This document shows, piece after piece, positions 10,636 to 24,700 of a stretch of 43,959 nucleotides of DNA. Source of the stretch: Hydrurus foetidus (Eukaryota); assembly GCA_900617105.1 (NCBI GenBank), contig UYFQ01000214.1:1-43959 (forward strand). Direction: 5' to 3'. A model generated the notes under the pieces. That model was not told the DNA's origin. It saw only the letters and a list, made by a program, of their open reading frames with translations, and ran no database searches. Position 1 is the first letter of the stretch; each line of letters opens with the position of its first letter. A program made the position numbers and the translations under genes.

Positions 10636-12580
10636 ATGCCGATTGCCTCAATGCTTTATTTGCTGACCTTAGCGTTCATCATCGCCTCCTGCTGCGCCTT
10701 CTCCGGCCTAACGAGTCCACACCGAATTCGTAGAACAGGAGACAATGCCATGCCAAATTCCATGACGAAATTGAACGCGGGCATTCTCGACACCGCCACG
10801 GAAGCGGTCAAAAGTGTGGTATCAAATCCTGGCTCCCTCATTCTTCCAGTAGTCCTCATCGCTGTCGGATCTGTCCTTCCCATTCTCGTGAAGGGGTTTG
10901 CCGCTGGAGAGTCAGTTTACTCACTTCTGATACCAGCATTAGAGGGCCTTGAAGGACTTATCCGTCGTATCCCGTTCGTGGAAACACTCCTCCTAAAATC
11001 CATCCTGAAGGAGGACTTAGTTTTCAAAGGTGTGAGACTACCTTTGGAAAAAGGGGAGTTCGTAAGATCCTTCTTAACTTTGACTGGAACTTCTCAGTTC
11101 TCCATCGTGAAGTTCGTGGCAACGTCATCAGGGAATATTCTCGATATCGTCAACAAAGTGAAGACCGACGCTAAATCAGTTACCGAATTCAACGAATTTC
11201 AGAACGACTACGTCAACTATGCCATCAAACCTGATGGTCCATTCGACATCGCAAACACTCTTCCAGAAGGATACAAGTATTTCGGGAACGGCGACAACTT
11301 GAAAAACTTGCAACTTTTCATGAAGACGAATCCTTTCTTTACCGTGTCCCTGAGATCAAAAGGTTCAGGCTTCGAAGTCGATCCATTCGGAAAATCCGGC
11401 GAAACCCCGATGTCTCAGCTGATCGCATGCCTCGACGACGTTGTGCCTCGCGTGGAAGCCTCATTTGATGCAGACATGAATCTGACAGGAATCAAAGTGT
11501 TCAGTGCGAAAGACCCGAACGTGGAACTGACAGGATTCGACGAACAAACGGCAGCCACTGCTCTTCTCTACCAGTGCTCGTACTACGCCCAGAACATTCA
11601 CGCTACCACACATGTGAGTCGGCGCAACCGTTGAATAAAATCTGATCTGTTACAAAATGACGTCATTCACCGCCAACATCCCTCGCTCTCTTCGACCTTG
11701 AAATAAACACCAGGTCTTCCACTTGCTGCTGACAACTGGTATCGTGCACTCCACCTCGAAGACTGATCTGGAATCTTGGGCGAAGCCTTACGTAATGAAC
11801 ATCTACCTTAAATACTTGGAGGTAGAAACACTTCTATTCGGCAAGGAAGGGTTCCTCACAGGCACGGGCGTGGCAGGCTATCGTACGAAGAACAGAGCCA
11901 GAGTGTTGGAGATAGACAAGGCCATGTTGTGCAAGTGGGGTGCCATGAAGACGGCTAACGATTACGTCTCGGATTTCCTCTTCGCGAATATCGACCCTGC
12001 CGCTATGAAGAAGGCTGGTTTGTGCGAGGAGTTCCTCAAGCACGTCGCCATAGTTTCTCCATATGCCACCGCTATGGACAATGAGTTCAAGAAGAACACA
12101 AAAACCTATGAGACTGTAACGAACAAACTGACGAGTTACATGGCCAACACTGGTGAAGGAGTCAGTTCAGTGGACAACACAAAGACATGGATGGAGCTGA
12201 TGTCTGTGTCAGGCATTCTGCACGGTAGCACAATTAGCATGACCAGACTGCTGGTCACACACAGCATCCTGTCGATCAACTCTCCCGAGTCACCCACGTT
12301 CACGCCGAGGGACGCCGTGTGGTGCACCACCGCCATAGGCACCATACTCGGCGCACTCGATGACTTCCACGTCTTCTCCAATACTCTCCCAAGCACAACT
12401 CCTTACAACGTCAACAGAGTACTCCTTGAGTACGATGCTATCTCCAATGACCTCAAGGCCAAGTACTTCAAAAAAATCTCTGAAGATGCCGAAATGTTTG
12501 AAAATTACGGTTGGATCCTAACGGATCACGGGCCCAACTTTGTCGACGGCAAACAGCTCACACTCACTACCTACATATAA
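10636..12580 (+). CDS. Divergent lipoxygenase-like protein, probably plastid-targeted; exons 10636-11613 and 11714-12580 (~614 aa; alternative start 10651)
   Basis: A phase-0 GT-AG intron joins the two ORFs to give QNIHATTHVFHLLL. Other matches are KPYVMNIYLK (cf. LOX PHFRDTMNIN), GILHGSTIS (cf. ALHAAVNF) and a C-terminal Ile (LTTYI). The N-terminus is a signal peptide, then CA|FSG and an Arg/Ser-rich transit peptide. Confidence 0.7.
11614..11713 (+). other. 100-nt spliceosomal intron
   Basis: GTGAGT donor and CAG acceptor. Removal restores the frame between the two long ORFs. Confidence 0.9.
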
Positions 12581-12725
12581 TGTAGTTGCACCTCAATTAG
12601 ATGGACTCCTGAAGTTATCTGAAGCATTGACGAGTATCTACTCCGTCAAACGCGTAGCAACACGCCTATAGATTAGGTTAAGGTTAACAACCTCTCTTTA
12701 TTGCACTTTCTATACTACGCAATGC

Positions 12726-15700
12726 CATATGACAGATGCTATTCGACATGATTCTGTGTGGTGGTAGTGGTGCACCACTTCTTGGGTACACAATATAGTC
12801 GTTTATGTATGTACAGTGTGTATGTTTTTGATTTCACTAACTATACATGTTAAGGTTAAGGTTAAGGTTAAGGTTAAGGTTACTGTCGATGCAAGTGACA
12901 TAGTGATGATCAATCATGTACTCCATGACTATGTCGAACATATGACAGATGCTATTCGACATGATTCTGTGTGGTGGTAGTGGTGCACCACTTCTTGGGT
13001 ACACAATATAGTCGTTTATGTATGTACAGTGTGTATGTTTTTGATTTCACTAACTATACATGTTAAGGTTAAGGTTAAGGTTAAGGTTAAGGTTACTGTC
13101 GATGCAAGTGACATAGTGATGATCAATCATGTACTCCATGACTATGTCGAACATATGACAGATGCTATTCGACATGATTCTGTGTGGTGGTAGTGGTGCA
13201 CCACTTCTTGGGTACACAATATAGTCGTTTATGTATGTACAGTGTGTATGTTTTTGATTTCACTAACTATACATGTTAAGGTTAAGGTTAAGGTTAAGGT
13301 TACTGTCGATGCAAGTGACATAGTGATGATCAATCATGTACTCCATGACTATGTCGAACATATGACAGATGCTATTCGACATGATTCTGTGTGGTGGTAG
13401 TGGTGCACCACTTCTTGGGTACACAATATAGTCGTTTATGTATGTACAGTGTGTATGTTTTTGATTTCACTAACTATACATGTTAAGGTTAAGGTTAAGG
13501 TTAAGGTTAAGGTTACTGTCGATGCAAGTGACATAGTGATGATCAATCATGTACTCCATGACTATGTCGAACATATGACAGATGCTATTCGACATGATTC
13601 TGTGTGGTGGTAGTGGTGCACCACTTCTTGGGTACACAATATAGTCGTTTATGTATGTACAGTGTGTATGTTTTTGATTTCACTAACTATACATGTTAAG
13701 GTTAAGGTTAAGGTTAAGGTTAAGGTTACTGTCGATGCAAGTGACATAGTGATGATCAATCATGTACTCCATGACTATGTCGAACATATGACAGATGCTA
13801 TTCGACATGATTCTGTGTGGTGGTAGTGGTGCACCACTTCTTGGGTACACAATATAGTCGTTTATGTATGTACAGTGTGTATGTTTTTGATTTCACTAAC
13901 TATACATGTTAAGGTTAAGGTTAAGGTTAAGGTTAAGGTTAAGGTTACTGTCGATGCAAGTGACATAGTGATGATCAATCATGTACTCCATGACTATGTC
14001 GAACATATGACAGATGCTATTCGACATGATTCTGTGTGGTGGTAGTGGTGCACCACTTCTTGGGTACACAATATAGTCGTTTATGTATGTACAGTGTGTA
14101 TGTTTTTGATTTCACTAACTATACATGTTAAGGTTAAGGTTAAGGTTAAGGTTAAGGTTACTGTCGATGCAAGTGACATAGTGATGATCAATCATGTACT
14201 CCATGACTATGTCGAACATATGACAGATGCTATTCGACATGATTCTGTGTGGTGGTAGTGGTGCACCACTTCTTGGGTACACAATATAGTCGTTTATGTA
14301 TGTACAGTGTGTATGTTTTTGATTTCACTAACTATACATGTTAAGGTTAAGGTTAAGGTTAAGGTTAAGGTTAAGGTTACTGTCGATGCAAGTGACATAG
14401 TGATGATCAATCATGTACTCCATGACTATGTCGAACATATGACAGATGCTATTCGACATGATTCTGTGTGGTGGTAGTGGTGCACCACTTCTTGGGTACA
14501 CAATATAGTCGTTTATGTATGTACAGTGTGTATGTTTTTGATTTCACTAACTATACATGTTAAGGTTAAGGTTAAGGTTAAGGTTAAGGTTACTGTCGAT
14601 GCAAGTGACATAGTGATGATCAATCATGTACTCCATGACTATGTCGAACATATGACAGATGCTATTCGACATGATTCTGTGTGGTGGTAGTGGTGCACCA
14701 CTTCTTGGGTACACAATATAGTCGTTTATGTATGTACAGTGTGTATGTTTTTGATTTCACTAACTATACATGTTAAGGTTAAGGTTAAGGTTAAGGTTAA
14801 GGTTAAGGTTAAGGTTACTGTCGATGCAAGTGACATAGTGATGATCAATCATGTACTCCATGACTATGTCGAACATATGACAGATGCTATTCGACATGAT
14901 TCTGTGTGGTGGTAGTGGTGCACCACTTCTTGGGTACACAATATAGTCGTTTATGTATGTACAGTGTGTATGTTTTTGATTTCACTAACTATACATGTTA
15001 AGGTTAAGGTTAAGGTTAAGGTTAAGGTTAAGGTTACTGTCGATGCAAGTGACATAGTGATGATCAATCATGTACTCCATGACTATGTCGAACATATGAC
15101 AGATGCTATTCGACATGATTCTGTGTGGTGGTAGTGGTGCACCACTTCTTGGGTACACAATATAGTCGTTTATGTATGTACAGTGTGTATGTTTTTGATT
15201 TCACTAACTATACATGTTAAGGTTAAGGTTAAGGTTAAGGTTAAGGTTAAGGTTAAGGTTACTGTCGATGCAAGTGACATAGTGATGATCAATCATGTAC
15301 TCCATGACTATGTCGAACATATGACAGATGCTATTCGACATGATTCTGTGTGGTGGTAGTGGTGCACCACTTCTTGGGTACACAATATAGTCGTTTATGT
15401 ATGTACAGTGTGTATGTTTTTGATTTCACTAACTATACATGTTAAGGTTAAGGTTAAGGTTAAGGTTACTGTCGATGCAAGTGACATAGTGATGATCAAT
15501 CATGTACTCCATGACTATGTCGAACATATGACAGATGCTATTCGACATGATTCTGTGTGGTGGTAGTGGTGCACCACTTCTTGGGTACACAATATAGTCG
15601 TTTATGTATGTACAGTGTGTATGTTTTTGATTTCACTAACTATACATGTTAAGGTTAAGGTTAAGGTTAAGGTTAAGGTTAAGGTTACTGTCGATGCAAG

Positions 15701-18700
15701 TGACATAGTGATGATCAATCATGTACTCCATGACTATGTCGAACATATGACAGATGCTATTCGACATGATTCTGTGTGGTGGTAGTGGTGCACCACTTCT
15801 TGGGTACACAATATAGTCGTTTATGTATGTACAGTGTGTATGTTTTTGATTTCACTAACTATACATGTTAAGGTTAAGGTTAAGGTTAAGGTTAAGGTTA
15901 AGGTTACTGTCGATGCAAGTGACATAGTGATGATCAATCATGTACTCCATGACTATGTCGAACATATGACAGATGCTATTCGACATGATTCTGTGTGGTG
16001 GTAGTGGTGCACCACTTCTTGGGTACACAATATAGTCGTTTATGTATGTACAGTGTGTATGTTTTTGATTTCACTAACTATACATGTTAAGGTTAAGGTT
16101 AAGGTTAAGGTTAAGGTTACTGTCGATGCAAGTGACATAGTGATGATCAATCATGTACTCCATGACTATGTCGAACATATGACAGATGCTATTCGACATG
16201 ATTCTGTGTGGTGGTAGTGGTGCACCACTTCTTGGGTACACAATATAGTCGTTTATGTATGTACAGTGTGTATGTTTTTGATTTCACTAACTATACATGT
16301 TAAGGTTAAGGTTAAGGTTAAGGTTAAGGTTACTGTCGATGCAAGTGACATAGTGATGATCAATCATGTACTCCATGACTATGTCGAACATATGACAGAT
16401 GCTATTCGACATGATTCTGTGTGGTGGTAGTGGTGCACCACTTCTTGGGTACACAATATAGTCGTTTATGTATGTACAGTGTGTATGTTTTTGATTTCAC
16501 TAACTATACATGTTAAGGTTAAGGTTAAGGTTAAGGTTAAGGTTAAGGTTACTGTCGATGCAAGTGACATAGTGATGATCAATCATGTACTCCATGACTA
16601 TGTCGAACATATGACAGATGCTATTCGACATGATTCTGTGTGGTGGTAGTGGTGCACCACTTCTTGGGTACACAATATAGTCGTTTATGTATGTACAGTG
16701 TGTATGTTTTTGATTTCACTAACTATACATGTTAAGGTTAAGGTTAAGGTTAAGGTTAAGGTTAAGGTTACTGTCGATGCAAGTGACATAGTGATGATCA
16801 ATCATGTACTCCATGACTATGTCGAACATATGACAGATGCTATTCGACATGATTCTGTGTGGTGGTAGTGGTGCACCACTTCTTGGGTACACAATATAGT
16901 CGTTTATGTATGTACAGTGTGTATGTTTTTGATTTCACTAACTATACATGTTAAGGTTAAGGTTAAGGTTAAGGTTAAGGTTAAGGTTACTGTCGATGCA
17001 AGTGACATAGTGATGATCAATCATGTACTCCATGACTATGTCGAACATATGACAGATGCTATTCGACATGATTCTGTGTGGTGGTAGTGGTGCACCACTT
17101 CTTGGGTACACAATATAGTCGTTTATGTATGTACAGTGTGTATGTTTTTGATTTCACTAACTATACATGTTAAGGTTAAGGTTAAGGTTAAGGTTAAGGT
17201 TACTGTCGATGCAAGTGACATAGTGATGATCAATCATGTACTCCATGACTATGTCGAACATATGACAGATGCTATTCGACATGATTCTGTGTGGTGGTAG
17301 TGGTGCACCACTTCTTGGGTACACAATATAGTCGTTTATGTATGTACAGTGTGTATGTTTTTGATTTCACTAACTATACATGTTAAGGTTAAGGTTAAGG
17401 TTAAGGTTAAGGTTAAGGTTACTGTCGATGCAAGTGACATAGTGATGATCAATCATGTACTCCATGACTATGTCGAACATATGACAGATGCTATTCGACA
17501 TGATTCTGTGTGGTGGTAGTGGTGCACCACTTCTTGGGTACACAATATAGTCGTTTATGTATGTACAGTGTGTATGTTTTTGATTTCACTAACTATACAT
17601 GTTAAGGTTAAGGTTAAGGTTAAGGTTAAGGTTACTGTCGATGCAAGTGACATAGTGATGATCAATCATGTACTCCATGACTATGTCGAACATATGACAG
17701 ATGCTATTCGACATGATTCTGTGTGGTGGTAGTGGTGCACCACTTCTTGGGTACACAATATAGTCGTTTATGTATGTACAGTGTGTAGGTGTTAAGGTTA
17801 AGGTTAAGGTTAAGGTTAAGGTTAAGGTTAAGGTTAAGGTTAAGGTTACTGTCGATGCAAGTGACATAGTGATGATCAATCATGTACTCCATGACTATGT
17901 CGAACATATGACAGATGCTATTCGACATGATTCTGTGTGGTGGTAGTGGTGCACCACTTCTTGGGTACACAATATAGTCGTTTATGTATGTACAGTGTGT
18001 ATGTTTTTGATTTCACTAACTATACATGTTAAGGTTAAGGTTAAGGTTAAGGTTAAGGTTAAGGTTAAGGTTACTGTCGATGCAAGTGACATAGTGATGA
18101 TCAATCATGTACTCCATGACTATGTCGAACATATGACAGATGCTATTCGACATGATTCTGTGTGGTGGTAGTGGTGCACCACTTCTTGGGTACACAATAT
18201 AGTCGTTTATGTATGTACAGTGTGTATGTTTTTGATTTCACTAACTATACATGTTAAGGTTAAGGTTAAGGTTAAGGTTAAGGTTAAGGTTACTGTCGAT
18301 GCAAGTGACATAGTGATGATCAATCATGTACTCCATGACTATGTCGAACATATGACAGATGCTATTCGACATGATTCTGTGTGGTGGTAGTGGTGCACCA
18401 CTTCTTGGGTACACAATATAGTCGTTTATGTATGTACAGTGTGTATGTTTTTGATTTCACTAACTATACATGTTAAGGTTAAGGTTAAGGTTAAGGTTAA
18501 GGTTAAGGTTACTGTCGATGCAAGTGACATAGTGATGATCAATCATGTACTCCATGACTATGTCGAACATATGACAGATGCTATTCGACATGATTCTGTG
18601 TGGTGGTAGTGGTGCACCACTTCTTGGGTACACAATATAGTCGTTTATGTATGTACAGTGTGTATGTTTTTGATTTCACTAACTATACATGTTAAGGTTA

Positions 18701-21700
18701 AGGTTAAGGTTAAGGTTAAGGTTAAGGTTACTGTCGATGCAAGTGACATAGTGATGATCAATCATGTACTCCATGACTATGTCGAACATATGACAGATGC
18801 TATTCGACATGATTCTGTGTGGTGGTAGTGGTGCACCACTTCTTGGGTACACAATATAGTCGTTTATGTATGTACAGTGTGTATGTTTTTGATTTCACTA
18901 ACTATACATGTTAAGGTTAAGGTTAAGGTTAAGGTTAAGGTTAAGGTTACTGTCGATGCAAGTGACATAGTGATGATCAATCATGTACTCCATGACTATG
19001 TCGAACATATGACAGATGCTATTCGACATGATTCTGTGTGGTGGTAGTGGTGCACCACTTCTTGGGTACACAATATAGTCGTTTATGTATGTACAGTGTG
19101 TATGTTTTTGATTTCACTAACTATACATGTTAAGGTTAAGGTTAAGGTTAAGGTTAAGGTTAAGGTTACTGTCGATGCAAGTGACATAGTGATGATCAAT
19201 CATGTACTCCATGACTATGTCGAACATATGACAGATGCTATTCGACATGATTCTGTGTGGTGGTAGTGGTGCACCACTTCTTGGGTACACAATATAGTCG
19301 TTTATGTATGTACAGTGTGTATGTTTTTGATTTCACTAACTATACATGTTAAGGTTAAGGTTAAGGTTAAGGTTAAGGTTACTGTCGATGCAAGTGACAT
19401 AGTGATGATCAATCATGTACTCCATGACTATGTCGAACATATGACAGATGCTATTCGACATGATTCTGTGTGGTGGTAGTGGTGCACCACTTCTTGGGTA
19501 CACAATATAGTCGTTTATGTATGTACAGTGTGTATGTTTTTGATTTCACTAACTATACATGTTAAGGTTAAGGTTAAGGTTAAGGTTAAGGTTAAGGTTA
19601 AGGTTACTGTCGATGCAAGTGACATAGTGATGATCAATCATGTACTCCATGACTATGTCGAACATATGACAGATGCTATTCGACATGATTCTGTGTGGTG
19701 GTAGTGGTGCACCACTTCTTGGGTACACAATATAGTCGTTTATGTATGTACAGTGTGTATGTTTTTGATTTCACTAACTATACATGTTAAGGTTAAGGTT
19801 AAGGTTAAGGTTAAGGTTAAGGTTACTGTCGATGCAAGTGACATAGTGATGATCAATCATGTACTCCATGACTATGTCGAACATATGACAGATGCTATTC
19901 GACATGATTCTGTGTGGTGGTAGTGGTGCACCACTTCTTGGGTACACAATATAGTCGTTTATGTATGTACAGTGTGTATGTTTTTGATTTCACTAACTAT
20001 ACATGTTAAGGTTAAGGTTAAGGTTAAGGTTAAGGTTAAGGTTACTGTCGATGCAAGTGACATAGTGATGATCAATCATGTACTCCATGACTATGTCGAA
20101 CATATGACAGATGCTATTCGACATGATTCTGTGTGGTGGTAGTGGTGCACCACTTCTTGGGTACACAATATAGTCGTTTATGTATGTACAGTGTGTATGT
20201 TTTTGATTTCACTAACTATACATGTTAAGGTTAAGGTTAAGGTTAAGGTTAAGGTTACTGTCGATGCAAGTGACATAGTGATGATCAATCATGTACTCCA
20301 TGACTATGTCGAACATATGACAGATGCTATTCGACATGATTCTGTGTGGTGGTAGTGGTGCACCACTTCTTGGGTACACAATATAGTCGTTTATGTATGT
20401 ACAGTGTGTATGTTTTTGATTTCACTAACTATACATGTTAAGGTTAAGGTTAAGGTTAAGGTTAAGGTTAAGGTTACTGTCGATGCAAGTGACATAGTGA
20501 TGATCAATCATGTACTCCATGACTATGTCGAACATATGACAGATGCTATTCGACATGATTCTGTGTGGTGGTAGTGGTGCACCACTTCTTGGGTACACAA
20601 TATAGTCGTTTATGTATGTACAGTGTGTATGTTTTTGATTTCACTAACTATACATGTTAAGGTTAAGGTTAAGGTTAAGGTTAAGGTTAAGGTTACTGTC
20701 GATGCAAGTGACATAGTGATGATCAATCATGTACTCCATGACTATGTCGAACATATGACAGATGCTATTCGACATGATTCTGTGTGGTGGTAGTGGTGCA
20801 CCACTTCTTGGGTACACAATATAGTCGTTTATGTATGTACAGTGTGTATGTTTTTGATTTCACTAACTATACATGTTAAGGTTAAGGTTAAGGTTAAGGT
20901 TAAGGTTAAGGTTAAGGTTACTGTCGATGCAAGTGACATAGTGATGATCAATCATGTACTCCATGACTATGTCGAACATATGACAGATGCTATTCGACAT
21001 GATTCTGTGTGGTGGTAGTGGTGCACCACTTCTTGGGTACACAATATAGTCGTTTATGTATGTACAGTGTGTATGTTTTTGATTTCACTAACTATACATG
21101 TTAAGGTTAAGGTTAAGGTTAAGGTTAAGGTTAAGGTTACTGTCGATGCAAGTGACATAGTGATGATCAATCATGTACTCCATGACTATGTCGAACATAT
21201 GACAGATGCTATTCGACATGATTCTGTGTGGTGGTAGTGGTGCACCACTTCTTGGGTACACAATATAGTCGTTTATGTATGTACAGTGTGTATGTTTTTG
21301 ATTTCACTAACTATACATGTTAAGGTTAAGGTTAAGGTTAAGGTTAAGGTTAAGGTTAAGGTTACTGTCGATGCAAGTGACATAGTGATGATCAATCATG
21401 TACTCCATGACTATGTCGAACATATGACAGATGCTATTCGACATGATTCTGTGTGGTGGTAGTGGTGCACCACTTCTTGGGTACACAATATAGTCGTTTA
21501 TGTATGTACAGTGTGTATGTTTTTGATTTCACTAACTATACATGTTAAGGTTAAGGTTAAGGTTAAGGTTAAGGTTAAGGTTAAGGTTACTGTCGATGCA
21601 AGTGACATAGTGATGATCAATCATGTACTCCATGACTATGTCGAACATATGACAGATGCTATTCGACATGATTCTGTGTGGTGGTAGTGGTGCACCACTT

Positions 21701-24700
21701 CTTGGGTACACAATATAGTCGTTTATGTATGTACAGTGTGTATGTTTTTGATTTCACTAACTATACATGTTAAGGTTAAGGTTAAGGTTAAGGTTAAGGT
21801 TAAGGTTACTGTCGATGCAAGTGACATAGTGATGATCAATCATGTACTCCATGACTATGTCGAACATATGACAGATGCTATTCGACATGATTCTGTGTGG
21901 TGGTAGTGGTGCACCACTTCTTGGGTACACAATATAGTCGTTTATGTATGTACAGTGTGTATGTTTTTGATTTCACTAACTATACATGTTAAGGTTAAGG
22001 TTAAGGTTAAGGTTAAGGTTAAGGTTAAGGTTACTGTCGATGCAAGTGACATAGTGATGATCAATCATGTACTCCATGACTATGTCGAACATATGACAGA
22101 TGCTATTCGACATGATTCTGTGTGGTGGTAGTGGTGCACCACTTCTTGGGTACACAATATAGTCGTTTATGTATGTACAGTGTGTATGTTTTTGATTTCA
22201 CTAACTATACATGTTAAGGTTAAGGTTAAGGTTAAGGTTAAGGTTAAGGTTACTGTCGATGCAAGTGACATAGTGATGATCAATCATGTACTCCATGACT
22301 ATGTCGAACATATGACAGATGCTATTCGACATGATTCTGTGTGGTGGTAGTGGTGCACCACTTCTTGGGTACACAATATAGTCGTTTATGTATGTACAGT
22401 GTGTATGTTTTTGATTTCACTAACTATACATGTTAAGGTTAAGGTTAAGGTTAAGGTTAAGGTTAAGGTTAAGGTTACTGTCGATGCAAGTGACATAGTG
22501 ATGATCAATCATGTACTCCATGACTATGTCGAACATATGACAGATGCTATTCGACATGATTCTGTGTGGTGGTAGTGGTGCACCACTTCTTGGGTACACA
22601 ATATAGTCGTTTATGTATGTACAGTGTGTATGTTTTTGATTTCACTAACTATACATGTTAAGGTTAAGGTTAAGGTTAAGGTTAAGGTTAAGGTTACTGT
22701 CGATGCAAGTGACATAGTGATGATCAATCATGTACTCCATGACTATGTCGAACATATGACAGATGCTATTCGACATGATTCTGTGTGGTGGTAGTGGTGC
22801 ACCACTTCTTGGGTACACAATATAGTCGTTTATGTATGTACAGTGTGTATGTTTTTGATTTCACTAACTATACATGTTAAGGTTAAGGTTAAGGTTAAGG
22901 TTAAGGTTAAGGTTAAGGTTACTGTCGATGCAAGTGACATAGTGATGATCAATCATGTACTCCATGACTATGTCGAACATATGACAGATGCTATTCGACA
23001 TGATTCTGTGTGGTGGTAGTGGTGCACCACTTCTTGGGTACACAATATAGTCGTTTATGTATGTACAGTGTGTATGTTTTTGATTTCACTAACTATACAT
23101 GTTAAGGTTAAGGTTAAGGTTAAGGTTAAGGTTAAGGTTACTGTCGATGCAAGTGACATAGTGATGATCAATCATGTACTCCATGACTATGTCGAACATA
23201 TGACAGATGCTATTCGACATGATTCTGTGTGGTGGTAGTGGTGCACCACTTCTTGGGTACACAATATAGTCGTTTATGTATGTACAGTGTGTATGTTTTT
23301 GATTTCACTAACTATACATGTTAAGGTTAAGGTTAAGGTTAAGGTTAAGGTTAAGGTTAAGGTTACTGTCGATGCAAGTGACATAGTGATGATCAATCAT
23401 GTACTCCATGACTATGTCGAACATATGACAGATGCTATTCGACATGATTCTGTGTGGTGGTAGTGGTGCACCACTTCTTGGGTACACAATATAGTCGTTT
23501 ATGTATGTACAGTGTGTATGTTTTTGATTTCACTAACTATACATGTTAAGGTTAAGGTTAAGGTTAAGGTTAAGGTTAAGGTTACTGTCGATGCAAGTGA
23601 CATAGTGATGATCAATCATGTACTCCATGACTATGTCGAACATATGACAGATGCTATTCGACATGATTCTGTGTGGTGGTAGTGGTGCACCACTTCTTGG
23701 GTACACAATATAGTCGTTTATGTATGTACAGTGTGTATGTTTTTGATTTCACTAACTATACATGTTAAGGTTAAGGTTAAGGTTAAGGTTAAGGTTAAGG
23801 TTAAGGTTACTGTCGATGCAAGTGACATAGTGATGATCAATCATGTACTCCATGACTATGTCGAACATATGACAGATGCTATTCGACATGATTCTGTGTG
23901 GTGGTAGTGGTGCACCACTTCTTGGGTACACAATATAGTCGTTTATGTATGTACAGTGTGTATGTTTTTGATTTCACTAACTATACATGTTAAGGTTAAG
24001 GTTAAGGTTAAGGTTAAGGTTAAGGTTAAGGTTACTGTCGATGCAAGTGACATAGTGATGATCAATCATGTACTCCATGACTATGTCGAACATATGACAG
24101 ATGCTATTCGACATGATTCTGTGTGGTGGTAGTGGTGCACCACTTCTTGGGTACACAATATAGTCGTTTATGTATGTACAGTGTGTATGTTTTTGATTTC
24201 ACTAACTATACATGTTAAGGTTAAGGGTTAAGGTTAAGGTTAAGGTTAAGGTTACTGTCGATGCAAGTGACATAGTGATGATCAATCATGTACTCCATGA
24301 CTATGTCGAACATATGACAGATGCTATTCGACATGATTCTGTGTGGTGGTAGTGGTGCACCACTTCTTGGGTACACAATATAGTCGTTTATGTATGTACA
24401 GTGTGTATGTTTTTGATTTCACTAACTATACATGTTAAGGTTAAGGTTAAGGTTAAGGTTAAGGTTAAGGTTACTGTCGATGCAAGTGACATAGTGATGA
24501 TCAATCATGTACTCCATGACTATGTCGAACATATGACAGATGCTATTCGACATGATTCTGTGTGGTGGTAGTGGTGCACCACTTCTTGGGTACACAATAT
24601 AGTCGTTTATGTATGTACAGTGTGTATGTTTTTGATTTCACTAACTATACATGTTAAGGTTAAGGTTAAGGTTAAGGTTAAGGTTAAGGTTAAGGTTACT

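Noticed and set aside
12750..12830. tRNA/SINE, snRNA or spliced-leader gene in the satellite unit (A-box-like TGGTGGTAGTGG, T5 run)
   Set aside because: There is no correctly placed B box or cloverleaf, and no canonical Sm site or D box. No hammerhead core (CTGANGA…GAAA) was found.
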